Positions 20,793-31,649 of a DNA stretch of 64,000 nucleotides are shown piece after piece (position 1 is the first letter of the stretch; the number at the start of each line of letters is the position of its first letter). Source of the stretch: Thermodesulfovibrionales bacterium. Lineage in GTDB: Bacteria > Nitrospirota > Thermodesulfovibrionia > Thermodesulfovibrionales > SM23-35. Both the position numbers and the translations under genes were made by a program. The stretch lies in the NCBI GenBank assembly GCA_963715195.1, contig CAVQRT010000002.1, positions 192,001-256,000 of the forward strand, in the 5' to 3' direction. The notes under the pieces were generated by a model. The model was not told where the DNA came from. It saw nothing but the letters and a program-made list of their open reading frames with translations, and ran no database searches.

Positions 20793-23606
20793 ATGAACAT
20801 CACAACTCTTACAAATAAAAGTGAATATCGTTTGTCTATTCATCGTATATTTCAAAAATTATTTGATATGCAAGATCGTTCCCTCAAGAATGCGTTGGAT
20901 TATGAAATCATTCGACGCATTTACATGTTCCTTTTGATCAGCATCGTTGGGATAGTCGTACTCATAGTCATGGGAATATTTGCACTAAGAGAAAATCATA
21001 CGATTCTCGGGGTACTAGATCTTTCTTTAGCTGCCATATTGACCCTGAATATTGTTCATGCAAGATACAAAAAGAATTTCCCAATCAATATGTATGTTGG
21101 AATAGTGTTTACAGCTATTCTGTTCATTTTTGCCCTTTTGACTGGTGGAGCAAACAACTCTTCCTTTGTCTGGTATTTTACTTTCCCTTTGATAGCATCT
21201 TTTCTGCTTGGATCAAAAAAGGGCGCATTTGCCGCTGCATTAATATTTGTCCCAGCTCTTACGTTATTTATTAGTAAGGATCTTCCCCCTTCTTTTGCTC
21301 ATTATAGCTTGGACTTAAAGCTGCGTTTCACGGGCTCATTTTTTGTTGTAGCCAGCTTTGCTTATTTTTTTGAATATATCCGTGAAAAAAATACGAAGGA
21401 ACTGCAAAAAGCACATGACGAGTTGGAAAACAGAGTTCATCAACGTACTGCCGAGCTTCACACAGTAAATGAGGAAAGGGAAAAGATCAATAGGGAACTG
21501 AGCAAGGGTCTATCAGAAACGTTTGAAGCATTAAAGAAAATTGCCTCAGGAGATCCTACGGTAAGAATATCTGAAAAATCCGACATCGAATTGATCAAGG
21601 AATTAAAACAAACCGTCAATATCACCGCGAAAGAAATTGGAGAAATGGTTGAACAATCTCATGAAATTGCGATAAGTCTCGCAGAGCAATTTGACGTGTT
21701 GCAAAAAGTTTCCAAAGGCGACCTGAATGCGAGGTTGGAGGGACATTTCAGTTCAGAACTATCTGAAGCTCTGAAAAAAGTAACGAACGGGATGATTCAA
21801 AACATAAAGTCATCACAGAGGTCATTACAAGAAAGCGAAGAAAAGTACAGTAGTCTTTTCAGAAGTTCTAATGACGCAATCTTCGTACATGATTTAGAAG
21901 GAAATATCATAGATTCAAATCAGAAAGTTTTGGATCAGTTTGGATACACCAAGACACAGATATTTTCACTGAACATGCTAAACCTTTTCCCGATAGCGAC
22001 ATATGGAGAATACAAAAAAGCTCTTGGAAATATTCGTAAAGAAGGTTCTTTTAACTTCGAGATTGATTTCAGGAGGAATAATGGAGAAATATTCGCCGCA
22101 GAAGTATCATCGGGTCTCTTTGAATTGAGAGGCAGACAGGTAATTCAAAGTATTGTCCGAGACGTAACGGAGCGAAAACAGGCACTAGAACAAATATCTT
22201 ATATGGCGTATCACGATACCTTAACTAAATTGCCAAACCGCCTTTTGATGAAAGACCGGCTGAAACAGGCACTTAATTCTGCTCACCAATATGATCGACT
22301 GGTGGCTGTTTTATTTCTCGATCTCGACAATTTCAAGCGCATCAATGACACTCTCGGTCACGATGTCGGTGATCTTCTCTTAAAAGAGGTTTCTGCCCGG
22401 TTAGTGAAGCTTATTCGAAAAAGTGACTCTCTTGCTCGTCTCAGCGGTGACCAAATTGCACCTACTGTTGCACGTTTAGGAGGGGACGAGTTTACTTTTA
22501 TACTCACTGAAATCAAAGAAATATCAGGTGCAGCTAAAGTAGCACAGCGTATTCTTGAAACTTTTAAGGAACCATTTATAGTGAGACATCATGAGGTGTT
22601 CGTTTCTGCGAGTATTGGTGTATCTGTATATCCGCACGATGGGGACAATGAAGAAATCCTCATCAAAAATGCTGATACAGCTATGTACCATGCTAAAACA
22701 CAGGGCAAAAACAATTACCAATTTTATAAGGAGTCGATGAATCTTACCATCCTTGAACGAATTTCCCTGGAAAATGAACTGAGGAAGGCGATAAATCTGA
22801 ATGAGTTTGAATTGTACTACCAACCCCAGGTAGATATTAACAATTGCCAAGTTGTTGGGATAGAAGCATTAATACGGTGGAAGCACCCGGAAAAAGGGAT
22901 TCTCTTGCCGGATACATTCATCCCGCTTGCAGAGGAAGCCGGTCTCATGATTCCCCTTGGTGAATGGATTCTGTATAATGCCTGCGCACAAAACAGAGCC
23001 TTGCAAAAAGCTGGTTTTGACCCAATACCTGTAGCAGTTAATATTTCCGGATTCCAATTCAAACAAGCAAATTTCGTAGAAACAGTAGAAAAGATCCTGC
23101 AAGATACGCATTTAGATCCAAAGTATCTTGAATTGGAACTTACAGAAAGCATATTAATGGAAAATATGGAGACAACCATTACCGCTTTACATACTCTAAA
23201 ATCTATGGGGCTACAAATTGCAATCGATGATTTCGGCACTGGATATTCTTCTTTGAGTTATTTAAAGCATTTCCCGATAGATACTTTGAAAATCGATCAA
23301 TCTTTTGTGAAAGATCTCACCACGGAGACTGACGATAAAGCTATTATTAATGCGATCATAGCTCTTGCACGGGGTCTTAACGTTAAGGTTGTCGCTGAAG
23401 GTGTGGAAACAGAACAGCAACTATCATTTCTCCGCAAACAAGAAAGCAATGGAATACAAGGACAAGGCTTTCTATTCAGCCCACCCCTGCAATCGGATTC
23501 ACTGATAGAGTTTTTGGAGGAAAAAGGCAGTCTTAACAATTGGCCTGTCTCAACACGAAAAATCATTAATCGTTCTAGTGAACCAGTACTGTCTTGTCAG
23601 ACATAA
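20793..23606 (+). CDS. Membrane-bound HAMP-PAS-GGDEF-EAL diguanylate cyclase/phosphodiesterase
   Basis: Several N-terminal TM segments, PAS (DAIFVHDLEG), RLGGDEF, EALIRW, DDFGTGYSS; start may be the later MQDRS. Confidence 0.92.
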   Translation: MNITTLTNKSEYRLSIHRIFQKLFDMQDRSLKNALDYEIIRRIYMFLLISIVGIVVLIVMGIFALRENHTILGVLDLSLAAILTLNIVHARYKKNFPINMYVGIVFTAILFIFALLTGGANNSSFVWYFTFPLIASFLLGSKKGAFAAALIFVPALTLFISKDLPPSFAHYSLDLKLRFTGSFFVVASFAYFFEYIREKNTKELQKAHDELENRVHQRTAELHTVNEEREKINRELSKGLSETFEALKKIASGDPTVRISEKSDIELIKELKQTVNITAKEIGEMVEQSHEIAISLAEQFDVLQKVSKGDLNARLEGHFSSELSEALKKVTNGMIQNIKSSQRSLQESEEKYSSLFRSSNDAIFVHDLEGNIIDSNQKVLDQFGYTKTQIFSLNMLNLFPIATYGEYKKALGNIRKEGSFNFEIDFRRNNGEIFAAEVSSGLFELRGRQVIQSIVRDVTERKQALEQISYMAYHDTLTKLPNRLLMKDRLKQALNSAHQYDRLVAVLFLDLDNFKRINDTLGHDVGDLLLKEVSARLVKLIRKSDSLARLSGDQIAPTVARLGGDEFTFILTEIKEISGAAKVAQRILETFKEPFIVRHHEVFVSASIGVSVYPHDGDNEEILIKNADTAMYHAKTQGKNNYQFYKESMNLTILERISLENELRKAINLNEFELYYQPQVDINNCQVVGIEALIRWKHPEKGILLPDTFIPLAEEAGLMIPLGEWILYNACAQNRALQKAGFDPIPVAVNISGFQFKQANFVETVEKILQDTHLDPKYLELELTESILMENMETTITALHTLKSMGLQIAIDDFGTGYSSLSYLKHFPIDTLKIDQSFVKDLTTETDDKAIINAIIALARGLNVKVVAEGVETEQQLSFLRKQESNGIQGQGFLFSPPLQSDSLIEFLEEKGSLNNWPVSTRKIINRSSEPVLSCQT

Positions 23607-23796
23607 TAATCACAAAGCAATTATTTTTCTTTCATTTGTAGCTATTTCCCGAACTCTTTTAGCCGCATTTCTTATGTCAATTTACGGCATTACCAGCTCA
23701 TTCCTTGATCTAACCCTTGGTTGCCGAAATACATCTGCTCAAGTAAAATTCTATAACCTTATGATATATAAACGATTTTCTCCTTTCTCAATGAAA

Positions 23797-23812
23797 TGGC
23801 ATATTCGTTGCT
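23797..23812 (+). promoter_or_regulatory. Sigma-54 -24/-12 promoter
   Basis: TGGCATATTCGTTGCT, exact GG-N10-GC spacing, upstream of 23939. Confidence 0.65.
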
Positions 23813-23938
23813 TTGATTATTGTTTCAGAGTATTTAAAGGAGGACAGGATTGCAGTTTAAGAGTTCTTTGCTTGTTTTGAGCCACATCTTAGTATTCCTC
23901 ATCTTGCCGCCATCCGCCCAATCACAGGAGACGACGAA

Positions 23939-25621
23939 GTGAATACAGTGCCTGATTTCATCTTTCAAGTCAGTAGTGACGGTATTATACTGGATTTCAT
24001 TGGTCGCAAAGACAGTAGCGTAGTACCGGCTCATGATGTAATCTTAGGCAGATCAATAGCTGATTTCATGCCGTCTCTCGCTCTACCGATTATGGATTTT
24101 GCCGAACAGGCACTTCGTGCCGGAGAAACCCGGAAGTTCGAGAGCGATTTCGGATTCTCCTGTAATGACTGCGCGTACGAGGTGAAGCTTTTTGTCAGCG
24201 GGGAAGACAAGATACTGGCGCTTGTATATGGTGTAACCTGTCATAGTACAGGAAACCCGCTTATCGGTTCCCAAGTGTATCAGGATGCCCTCACGAATTT
24301 GCCGAACCGTTATCTCTTTCAGGACCGACTGAAAAATGCCGTTGCGCATGCTGCACGGAAACAGCGGATAGTTGCTTTGCTGCATATTGATCTGGACAAT
24401 TTCAAGCAGATCAATGAAACACTTGGGTATGATGTTGGCGACCGGTTATTGTATAGTGTTGCGGACCGATTGATGACTTCTTTGAGGAAAACGGATACGA
24501 TAACCCGCTTTTTAACAGAAGATACCGAGTCACTCATGGCACGAGTCGGTGGGGATGAATTCACCATACTGCTGACCGAAATCACGAAGATTGAAGATGC
24601 TGCACTGGTATGCAAGCGCATTATCAGTTTACTGTCGGAGCCTTTCATTATCGAGAGGGAGGAGATCTTTGTTACTGCAAGCATTGGTATCTCTGTATAT
24701 CCTGTTGATAGCAATGACATGAACTCGCTCCTTAGAAATGCTGATATTGCAATGAACCAGGCAAAAAAAGAGGGGAAAAACACATATCAGTATTATTCAG
24801 AATCACTGAATACCTCCACGCTTGAGCGTTTTACGATAGAGACCAAACTTCGCAAGGCGCTGGAGCAGAATGAGTTCATGCTGTTCTACCAACCACAGAT
24901 TGATGTATCGACAGGTCGAATTATCGGCGTGGAAGCATTAATCCGCTGGTTGCAGCCCGATCTTATTCTGGTCAAGCCAGGAAAGTTCATACCGGTGACT
25001 GAGGAAACAGGACTGATTATTCCAATTGGAGAATGGATATTGCGTTCTGCATGTACACAAAACAAAGCATGGCAAAACGAGGGAATTGAGCCATTCAATA
25101 TGACAGTCAATATATCGGGGATTCAATTCCAGCAGGATAGTTTTATTGAGATGGTGGCACAGGCAGTATACGACAGCGATATTGACCCATCGTTCCTGAA
25201 GCTGGAGCTGACGGAGAGCATTCTCATGAAAAATTCAAAAAATACGATAAAAAAGATGAATTTATTGAAAGAGATGGGGATACAGATATCAATAGATGAT
25301 TTCGGTACCGGATATTCCTCTCTGAGTTATCTTAAACGCTTCCCGGTTGAAATATTGAAGATTGACCGTTCCTTTGTACAGGATATCGCGAAAGACGAAG
25401 ATGATCAGTCGATTGTCAGGGCAATCATTGCCCTGGCGCATAACCTGAATATAAAAGTTATTGCTGAGGGAGTAGAAACAAAGAAACAGCTGGGATTACT
25501 GCAGGGATATGGATGCGATGGTGCACAGGGATACCTCATCTGTCCTCCAATAAACCCAGTTTCATTGGAACAATTTATCAAAGAGAGAACCGCTATCCAT
25601 TTATCAAGGAAGTCATTGTGA
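23939..25621 (+). CDS. PAS-GGDEF-EAL protein
   Basis: PAS-like start (VPDFIFQVSSDG), RVGGDEF, EALIRW, DDFGTGYSS. Confidence 0.92.
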   Translation: MNTVPDFIFQVSSDGIILDFIGRKDSSVVPAHDVILGRSIADFMPSLALPIMDFAEQALRAGETRKFESDFGFSCNDCAYEVKLFVSGEDKILALVYGVTCHSTGNPLIGSQVYQDALTNLPNRYLFQDRLKNAVAHAARKQRIVALLHIDLDNFKQINETLGYDVGDRLLYSVADRLMTSLRKTDTITRFLTEDTESLMARVGGDEFTILLTEITKIEDAALVCKRIISLLSEPFIIEREEIFVTASIGISVYPVDSNDMNSLLRNADIAMNQAKKEGKNTYQYYSESLNTSTLERFTIETKLRKALEQNEFMLFYQPQIDVSTGRIIGVEALIRWLQPDLILVKPGKFIPVTEETGLIIPIGEWILRSACTQNKAWQNEGIEPFNMTVNISGIQFQQDSFIEMVAQAVYDSDIDPSFLKLELTESILMKNSKNTIKKMNLLKEMGIQISIDDFGTGYSSLSYLKRFPVEILKIDRSFVQDIAKDEDDQSIVRAIIALAHNLNIKVIAEGVETKKQLGLLQGYGCDGAQGYLICPPINPVSLEQFIKERTAIHLSRKSL

Positions 25622-25846
25622 CGCTTGCATCAGCTAATTTCTCTTCTGTATCCTCTTGTTCTGTTTTTTAAAGAACAACAAGAACCGTGATGAACATAGG
25701 GAAAATGTGAAATTTCTTCCAGTAATACATATCAGTATATATCATAAGCCCATGGAAATAATGACATAATTTGTCATTACTCCTTCCTTTTATGCAGCTA
25801 ATTCATATTTTCCTCGATAAATCAATGCGTTCCAATTTACTCAAGC

Positions 25847-25862
25847 TGGCATGATAAATGCT
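25847..25862 (+). promoter_or_regulatory. Sigma-54 -24/-12 promoter
   Basis: TGGCATGATAAATGCT, GG-N10-GC, 40 nt before ATG 25903. Confidence 0.6.
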
Positions 25863-25902
25863 TCCATATTAAGCTGATAGTAACATAAAGTAAAACGCAA
25901 CT

Positions 25903-28029
25903 ATGGAAACGATCGAAAAAGAAGTCACTCAATATAATCTCCCACAAATACTGTTTGATCTTCACAGGAGCAAGAAAACGGGCACGTTAAGCGTCCGTAC
26001 CTTGGTTATTACAAAAAGAATTTACTTCAAAAAGGGGAACGCAATTTTTGCTTCCTCAACAAGCGAAGATGACAGACTGGGTGAGACGCTCATCAAACTC
26101 GGGCAGATTAGCTATAAGCAGTATGAAGAGTCCGTAGAACTCCTCAAGGAAACAGGGAAGAAGCAGGGTGCGATACTTGTTGAACTGGGGTATCTAACAC
26201 CCAAAGATTTGATTTTGGCAGTCCAATATCAGGTCAGGGAGATAATCTACAGTCTTTTCCAGCTCAAAGACGCAGAATATGAATTTGAGGAGGAGAAAAT
26301 ACCTTCAAGCGAGGTAATAACCCTGAACATTAGCATGGGAAAACTCATCTATGAAGGGTTGATGAGAAGTAATAATCTTTCCATGATAAGGAGAGAAATG
26401 CCAGATATGCAGGCTATCCTGCAGCAAAGCGCGAATCCCTCAGACCTTTTGAAGGATATCGTACTCAGTCCCCAAGATGAAGAAATGCTTTCCTCAATAG
26501 ACGGGACAGCGACCGTCAGTGATCTTATTAAGCGTTCCTCTTCTAAGTCTTTTGAAGCACTCAAATCCCTCTATGTCCTGCGTACACTCGGCTTTATCGA
26601 AGAACAAAAAGCGGTATTCAATGAGGTAGTCAATAAGGTAGTGGAGAACATTCCGTCGGCTGAAATAGGAGAAGCATATCCCGAAGAGGGTGTTCTTAAC
26701 GATGACCTTCCGGAAAAACCGCTTGAGTTTATTTCCTCAGATACGAAGGAAGAGGTCTCGCCTTCCGGTGAAAGAAATGTCCAATCAGAAGCTGGGAAGT
26801 GGTGGGATGTAAACACCGCGGAAACAGAAGCATCATCGGGAACCGCGGAAGGAGAAGCATCATCGGAAGCCATTGATGAACCAGCAGAACTAAAAGACGT
26901 AGAGGAAATTCGCGACAGGAGGCGGCATAAGAGATTTAAACTTGAAGGCGCTGAGGTGAATGGCGAGATGCTGTTCAGAAAAGAAGTGAAAGTGCTTGAT
27001 ATGAGCATGAGTGGCATTTCATTACAGACTGATAGGCAACTCAAGATAGGAAGAGAATATCTGCTGAATCTTCAAGATGAGGACAAGATTATTTCCGTAA
27101 AGGCAATGGTTGTAAGGTCAACGTTAAGCGAATCAAGGGCTGAAGACAGTGGTGATGTTATCCCTCTCTATTTAGTTGGCATGCAATTCATAAATCTATC
27201 GGACGAGAAGATCAATGAAATCATACAGTTTATCGATAACTATAAGACAGGTGATCAAGCCAAAATTAAAACCAATGGAAAGATGGAGCAAAGGAAAAGC
27301 ACCAGATTCGAGATGAATGTTGACGGCAAGACCGTGTTGAACTTTCAAGAACTGTACAAGGTAAAGGTGATCAGCCTCAATGGCATGCTCATTGACAGTT
27401 CGCATTTTCTGAACATTGAAGACAAATTACACATGAAGATTATCTTTCCGCAAGATAAGATGATAGTTTTTGTTGGGAGGGTTGCATCGTGTTCCGAAAA
27501 AGGCGAAGGGGACCAGAAACGCTACGATATTGGGATAGAGTTTATTGAGATGTCAGAGGAACACAGGGAAACACTCAAAGAATTTTTCGAGAATATCGAG
27601 GATATTCGAAAATGTGACATTACAGCCGTTCAGACTGAGGCACCGGAAAAGGAGGAAACATCCAAAACGGGCAGCCTGGATACCGGTGATGCAGACCTAT
27701 ACATATTGCAGGGGAAATATGCGGATGCCATGGCGATCTACCAAGAACTGCTCTCCAGAGACCCTGAAAATGTTCATGTTCTGAAGCGCATAGAAGCACT
27801 CGCAACACTCATAACGAACTTGAAGGATGAAAAGGAGAGACCTCCCAGGGCATCGGGAGCTCTTAATGCTGAGACGACAGAGGTGAGAAAGAGACAAACT
27901 AATGGGAAGCTTTCAACAAATAGGAGCGCTAAACAAGACAAATCCAGGAAAAACGGCACACCATCCCGGTGGTATAGAAAAATTGTAAGGCGAATCATGC
28001 CAGGCCTTTCTGCAAATTCGCCTAAATAA
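25903..28029 (+). CDS. DUF4388-like domain + two PilZ domains + TPR protein
   Basis: L..L....KTGTL...IYF.KG...A.S....RLGE.L; RRHKR..DMSMSG and RKSTR..VISLNG; TPR-like ADLYILQGKYADAMAIYQELL..DP.N. Confidence 0.8.
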   Translation: METIEKEVTQYNLPQILFDLHRSKKTGTLSVRTLVITKRIYFKKGNAIFASSTSEDDRLGETLIKLGQISYKQYEESVELLKETGKKQGAILVELGYLTPKDLILAVQYQVREIIYSLFQLKDAEYEFEEEKIPSSEVITLNISMGKLIYEGLMRSNNLSMIRREMPDMQAILQQSANPSDLLKDIVLSPQDEEMLSSIDGTATVSDLIKRSSSKSFEALKSLYVLRTLGFIEEQKAVFNEVVNKVVENIPSAEIGEAYPEEGVLNDDLPEKPLEFISSDTKEEVSPSGERNVQSEAGKWWDVNTAETEASSGTAEGEASSEAIDEPAELKDVEEIRDRRRHKRFKLEGAEVNGEMLFRKEVKVLDMSMSGISLQTDRQLKIGREYLLNLQDEDKIISVKAMVVRSTLSESRAEDSGDVIPLYLVGMQFINLSDEKINEIIQFIDNYKTGDQAKIKTNGKMEQRKSTRFEMNVDGKTVLNFQELYKVKVISLNGMLIDSSHFLNIEDKLHMKIIFPQDKMIVFVGRVASCSEKGEGDQKRYDIGIEFIEMSEEHRETLKEFFENIEDIRKCDITAVQTEAPEKEETSKTGSLDTGDADLYILQGKYADAMAIYQELLSRDPENVHVLKRIEALATLITNLKDEKERPPRASGALNAETTEVRKRQTNGKLSTNRSAKQDKSRKNGTPSRWYRKIVRRIMPGLSANSPK

Positions 28030-28067
28030 GGCAGGGCCAACAGAATCATTTCCCACAAATTTGAGGC

Positions 28068-29246
28068 CTATGCAGTACGCAGCAAGACCCGATTCTTCCC
28101 CTCAGATTTCGCCTGGTAGAGAGCCTTATCAGCATTCTGAATGACTTTATCTATTGAGTCACCATCTTCTGGGAAACTGGCAATACCTCCACTTATAGAG
28201 ACGAATCCAAGAGGCTGCTTTTCCTTATGAGGGAAAGAATATTGTGAAATTTTTTTCCTCAGCCGCTCTGCGTATGTAAAAGCATCTTTTTTAGTAATGC
28301 CAGGCAGCATGGCAACGAATTCCTCCCCCCCGTATCGAGTAATAGTTGCCTCTTTTCGGGTAGCACTCTGCATAAGTCTGCTGAGTTCAATTAAAAGTGC
28401 GTCACCTGCATTATGACCATTCGTATCATTATAGTGTTTGAAATTATCGATATCAAAGAGAATAACAGATAGAACCGTTCCATCTCTGACCGCCTTTTCT
28501 ATGAAAATCTGAGCCATTTGACGCAGATAATTACGGTTGCTTAACCCTGTTAATGGGTCGGTATTTGCCTTGTGCCGTGCATCGTTGAGCATTATTTGGT
28601 TTATGAGAGCTGCACTTGATATGTCTGATATCATCTTCAATAAGTCACTCTCATTTCCGAAAGGATTTTCAATTTCTCCAACGCCAATAACACCAAGGAG
28701 TCGTTCTTTGTAGGTAATCGGTACCGCAATCGATAATCGCGCCTTTAGACTTCCGGTCCCCTTCTGCTGGGCGTAAAATTTATTGTAATGCTCTCTCATA
28801 ATGACAAACCCATGTTCTGCTGCCGTACCTACGATATCCTCTCCTAAAGCAAATGATATCTGTTCTTGTGGTGCACTTTTATCCAACGACATTTTTTTTA
28901 AGCGATTATCTGATTCATCAAACAGAAAAAGTTCCACATTGTCGGTTATCACGACATCGTTTACTAATTCTATAATGGCATGCTCAATCTCTTGCAGATT
29001 TAAGGATGAATTCAACCGCTGAATGATTGCAGGGACTTTTAATATGAAAGAAAGATAGCGGCTGTTCAATTGAACGAGGCTGTTGATTTTCGTATTCAGT
29101 TTCTTGATCTGATTATCTCTATGAATGATCTCGTTTTCGGCACTGGAATTCCGCTGATTTTTCATTTTATGTGAAAACAGAATATAGAGAAATACAATTA
29201 AACTGATTATGACTGCTGAGCTTAGCAACACAGAATAACCAGGCAT
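28068..29246 (-). CDS. TM-GAF-GGDEF diguanylate cyclase
   Basis: N-terminal TM, GAF (GEDIVG..A, AVPI....RLLGVI), TDPLTGL.NR, DIDNFK..ND..GH, RYGGEEF. Confidence 0.9.
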   Translation of the reverse strand: MPGYSVLLSSAVIISLIVFLYILFSHKMKNQRNSSAENEIIHRDNQIKKLNTKINSLVQLNSRYLSFILKVPAIIQRLNSSLNLQEIEHAIIELVNDVVITDNVELFLFDESDNRLKKMSLDKSAPQEQISFALGEDIVGTAAEHGFVIMREHYNKFYAQQKGTGSLKARLSIAVPITYKERLLGVIGVGEIENPFGNESDLLKMISDISSAALINQIMLNDARHKANTDPLTGLSNRNYLRQMAQIFIEKAVRDGTVLSVILFDIDNFKHYNDTNGHNAGDALLIELSRLMQSATRKEATITRYGGEEFVAMLPGITKKDAFTYAERLRKKISQYSFPHKEKQPLGFVSISGGIASFPEDGDSIDKVIQNADKALYQAKSEGKNRVLLRTA

Positions 29247-29386
29247 ATTAACCCTCCAACGATCAGTACTAAGATAGCAACCAAAATATATTATATAACT
29301 TCTTCTTAGATAACGGGAAATGCGTTTTTTTTCAATCTTACCTTAGTAGGGGTTTTAAAAAATGAACTTCCGTTCTAAAAATTAAC

Positions 29387-29402
29387 AGGCACGAATATTG
29401 CT
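29387..29402 (+). promoter_or_regulatory. Sigma-54 -24/-12 promoter
   Basis: AGGCACGAATATTGCT, GG-N10-GC, upstream of 29505. Confidence 0.65.
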
Positions 29403-29504
29403 TAATTTAATGATATATTTGAGATGAAATATCAAGAAAAGGCTTTGATTTGAAGGGATTTATTCATGATAATTCCTGCAAACTATAGCGGACTATAATC
29501 GGAC

Positions 29505-31649
29505 ATGGATAATAATGTTGAGAAAATCCCACTTGACGCAAAGCTATTGAGTTATGCGATCATTGAACTGAATATTTCTCGCCGAAACGTGGCAATGTAC
29601 CCGGGCGATCACCCCTTGGTAGAACGATCGTTAAACAATGCATTTAAATTTCTGAAACAGCTTTTCGATATCAGATCAGAAATCACGCTTGCCATTGCAA
29701 AAGATACCCTCATTATCGATCATTATCAGCTAGATAAAAAAAATCCTGTCTTCAGCGACTTTGCTCGTACACTCAGTCAAATGAATATTGCTTACATGAC
29801 ACTTAAGAAGGGCTTAACAAAAGATGAATTATATAGGTTTCATCGTTTTATAACGGAAAAAGGAGAGAATTCAAATATTCAAAACCTCAAAGAGGTCTAT
29901 ACGGAACATAACGTAACTCATATTGATCTCGGCTTTGTAGATTACCGGAAATTTATAACGAGAGAGTACACTCCTGCTCAGCAATCCCAAAAAGCACCTC
30001 TCTGGGAACGGTATATATACGGCCTCATTGAAGGTACTCTTCAGGGTGAAGCGATAGCCAATGAAGTAAACCACATACCTCCGGAAATGCTTGCAAAACT
30101 CCTCAACAAGGTTTCAGGCCCGAACATGAAAGAAGAATCATATGCTAAGGTTATTACCACGTATATGAAGAGTTCTTCCGAAAGCGTATTTTCTGGTCAG
30201 GATCTGAAGAGATTGTTGGCATTTATCGAGTGTCTTAGGCCTGATCTGAAAAAGAGGTTTCTTTCCTCAACGGTGAAAACCTTCTCAGCAGATACTGCAT
30301 CAACCTATCAGTCAATGAAGACCATGTCAGTGGAAGACATTGAGAGATTCCTTGATACAGTCAATAAACAGAGGGTTTCTATCCCGCCGGTCCTTACGGA
30401 TCTCATCGGAAAATTGTCCTTCAATCCTGAGGTTTCATCTGATGCCATCTACCTTGAAGAAGATCTCATAGAAGATGAAGAAGTTGATTTATCCAGTCTT
30501 GCCGAGTTCTTTAACGAAGAGAACACCGAGAAAGCCGACGTCACGAATGACCTGCAGGAGATACAGACTCTTTTAGAATTCGATGCCTCGGAGTTAAGGA
30601 CTTCTGAGTTCATGGAATTCGAAAATGAGTTGAACGAAGAGATCACAGAAAAAAGGTTTCTTCAGATCATTCTCGAACTTATGATATCAAGAACAGTGTC
30701 AGAGGACAATTATCAGGTTTATGTAAATAAAATAAGGGAACAATCGCAACAGTTATTGTCGATTGGACAATATAAACAGTTGCTTGATGTGTTAAAAATA
30801 CTTGAGTTAAACAAGAAACAGGACCGCTTCCCGAATGTAAATTCAAAAGCCCTTCAGTATTATCATTCCCCGCAGTTTATCGCGCAGGTCGTTGAGTCTT
30901 TTAAGATATTAGGGAAACAATTCAAAAAAGATGTTTGGATGCTGTGCGATTATTATGATAGGGAAATCATACCTTACCTCCTTGATGCGCTTATAGAAGA
31001 GGAATCTCAAATTGTCAGACGATATTTGTTGGACGTCCTGAAAGAATTTGGGGATAAGATAATTCCGGAGGCTGTAAAGCGACTTCATGATGACAGATGG
31101 TTTGTAAAAAGGAATATGCTCTATATCCTGCAGGATAGGGATACGAGGGAAGTGAGAGAATCTATAAGACCCTTCTGCAGGGATGAAAATCGCAAGGTGA
31201 GTGTTACAGCACTGAGATGTCTGCTGAACAATAAAGATCATTACGCAATAGAAATAATAAGGGAGAATCTCGCCTCAGACTCTAAGGAATTGTATCAGCA
31301 AGCACTTACCCTCTCCAGCTCTTTCAAGCTTAAAGAAGTCGTTGGGGATTTGATTGGCTTGCTCAGAAAACAGGAAAAAAGCGGAGATGATATCCTGGAC
31401 AAGATTCCGATCGTTAAGGCCCTTGGAGAAATAGCTGATCCCCGAGCACTTGATGTCCTGAGAGAATTGCTTTCAACGAAGGGTATCTTTAATAGAAAAA
31501 TGCTGGATCAACTGAAAGGAGAGATATATAAAACACTCGTAAATTATCCATATGAGCTTGTTCAAGATTTGGTAGAAGCTGGGATACAATCGAAAAATGA
31601 AGTGATGAAAAGCGAATCATTTCATGTGCGGGAGGGAAAATCAGAGTAA
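29505..31649 (+). CDS. HEAT-repeat domain protein
   Basis: C-terminal HEAT-like units (L.DDRWFVKRN, IVKALGEIADPRALDVL); N-terminal YPGDHP domain. Confidence 0.8.
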   Translation: MDNNVEKIPLDAKLLSYAIIELNISRRNVAMYPGDHPLVERSLNNAFKFLKQLFDIRSEITLAIAKDTLIIDHYQLDKKNPVFSDFARTLSQMNIAYMTLKKGLTKDELYRFHRFITEKGENSNIQNLKEVYTEHNVTHIDLGFVDYRKFITREYTPAQQSQKAPLWERYIYGLIEGTLQGEAIANEVNHIPPEMLAKLLNKVSGPNMKEESYAKVITTYMKSSSESVFSGQDLKRLLAFIECLRPDLKKRFLSSTVKTFSADTASTYQSMKTMSVEDIERFLDTVNKQRVSIPPVLTDLIGKLSFNPEVSSDAIYLEEDLIEDEEVDLSSLAEFFNEENTEKADVTNDLQEIQTLLEFDASELRTSEFMEFENELNEEITEKRFLQIILELMISRTVSEDNYQVYVNKIREQSQQLLSIGQYKQLLDVLKILELNKKQDRFPNVNSKALQYYHSPQFIAQVVESFKILGKQFKKDVWMLCDYYDREIIPYLLDALIEEESQIVRRYLLDVLKEFGDKIIPEAVKRLHDDRWFVKRNMLYILQDRDTREVRESIRPFCRDENRKVSVTALRCLLNNKDHYAIEIIRENLASDSKELYQQALTLSSSFKLKEVVGDLIGLLRKQEKSGDDILDKIPIVKALGEIADPRALDVLRELLSTKGIFNRKMLDQLKGEIYKTLVNYPYELVQDLVEAGIQSKNEVMKSESFHVREGKSE

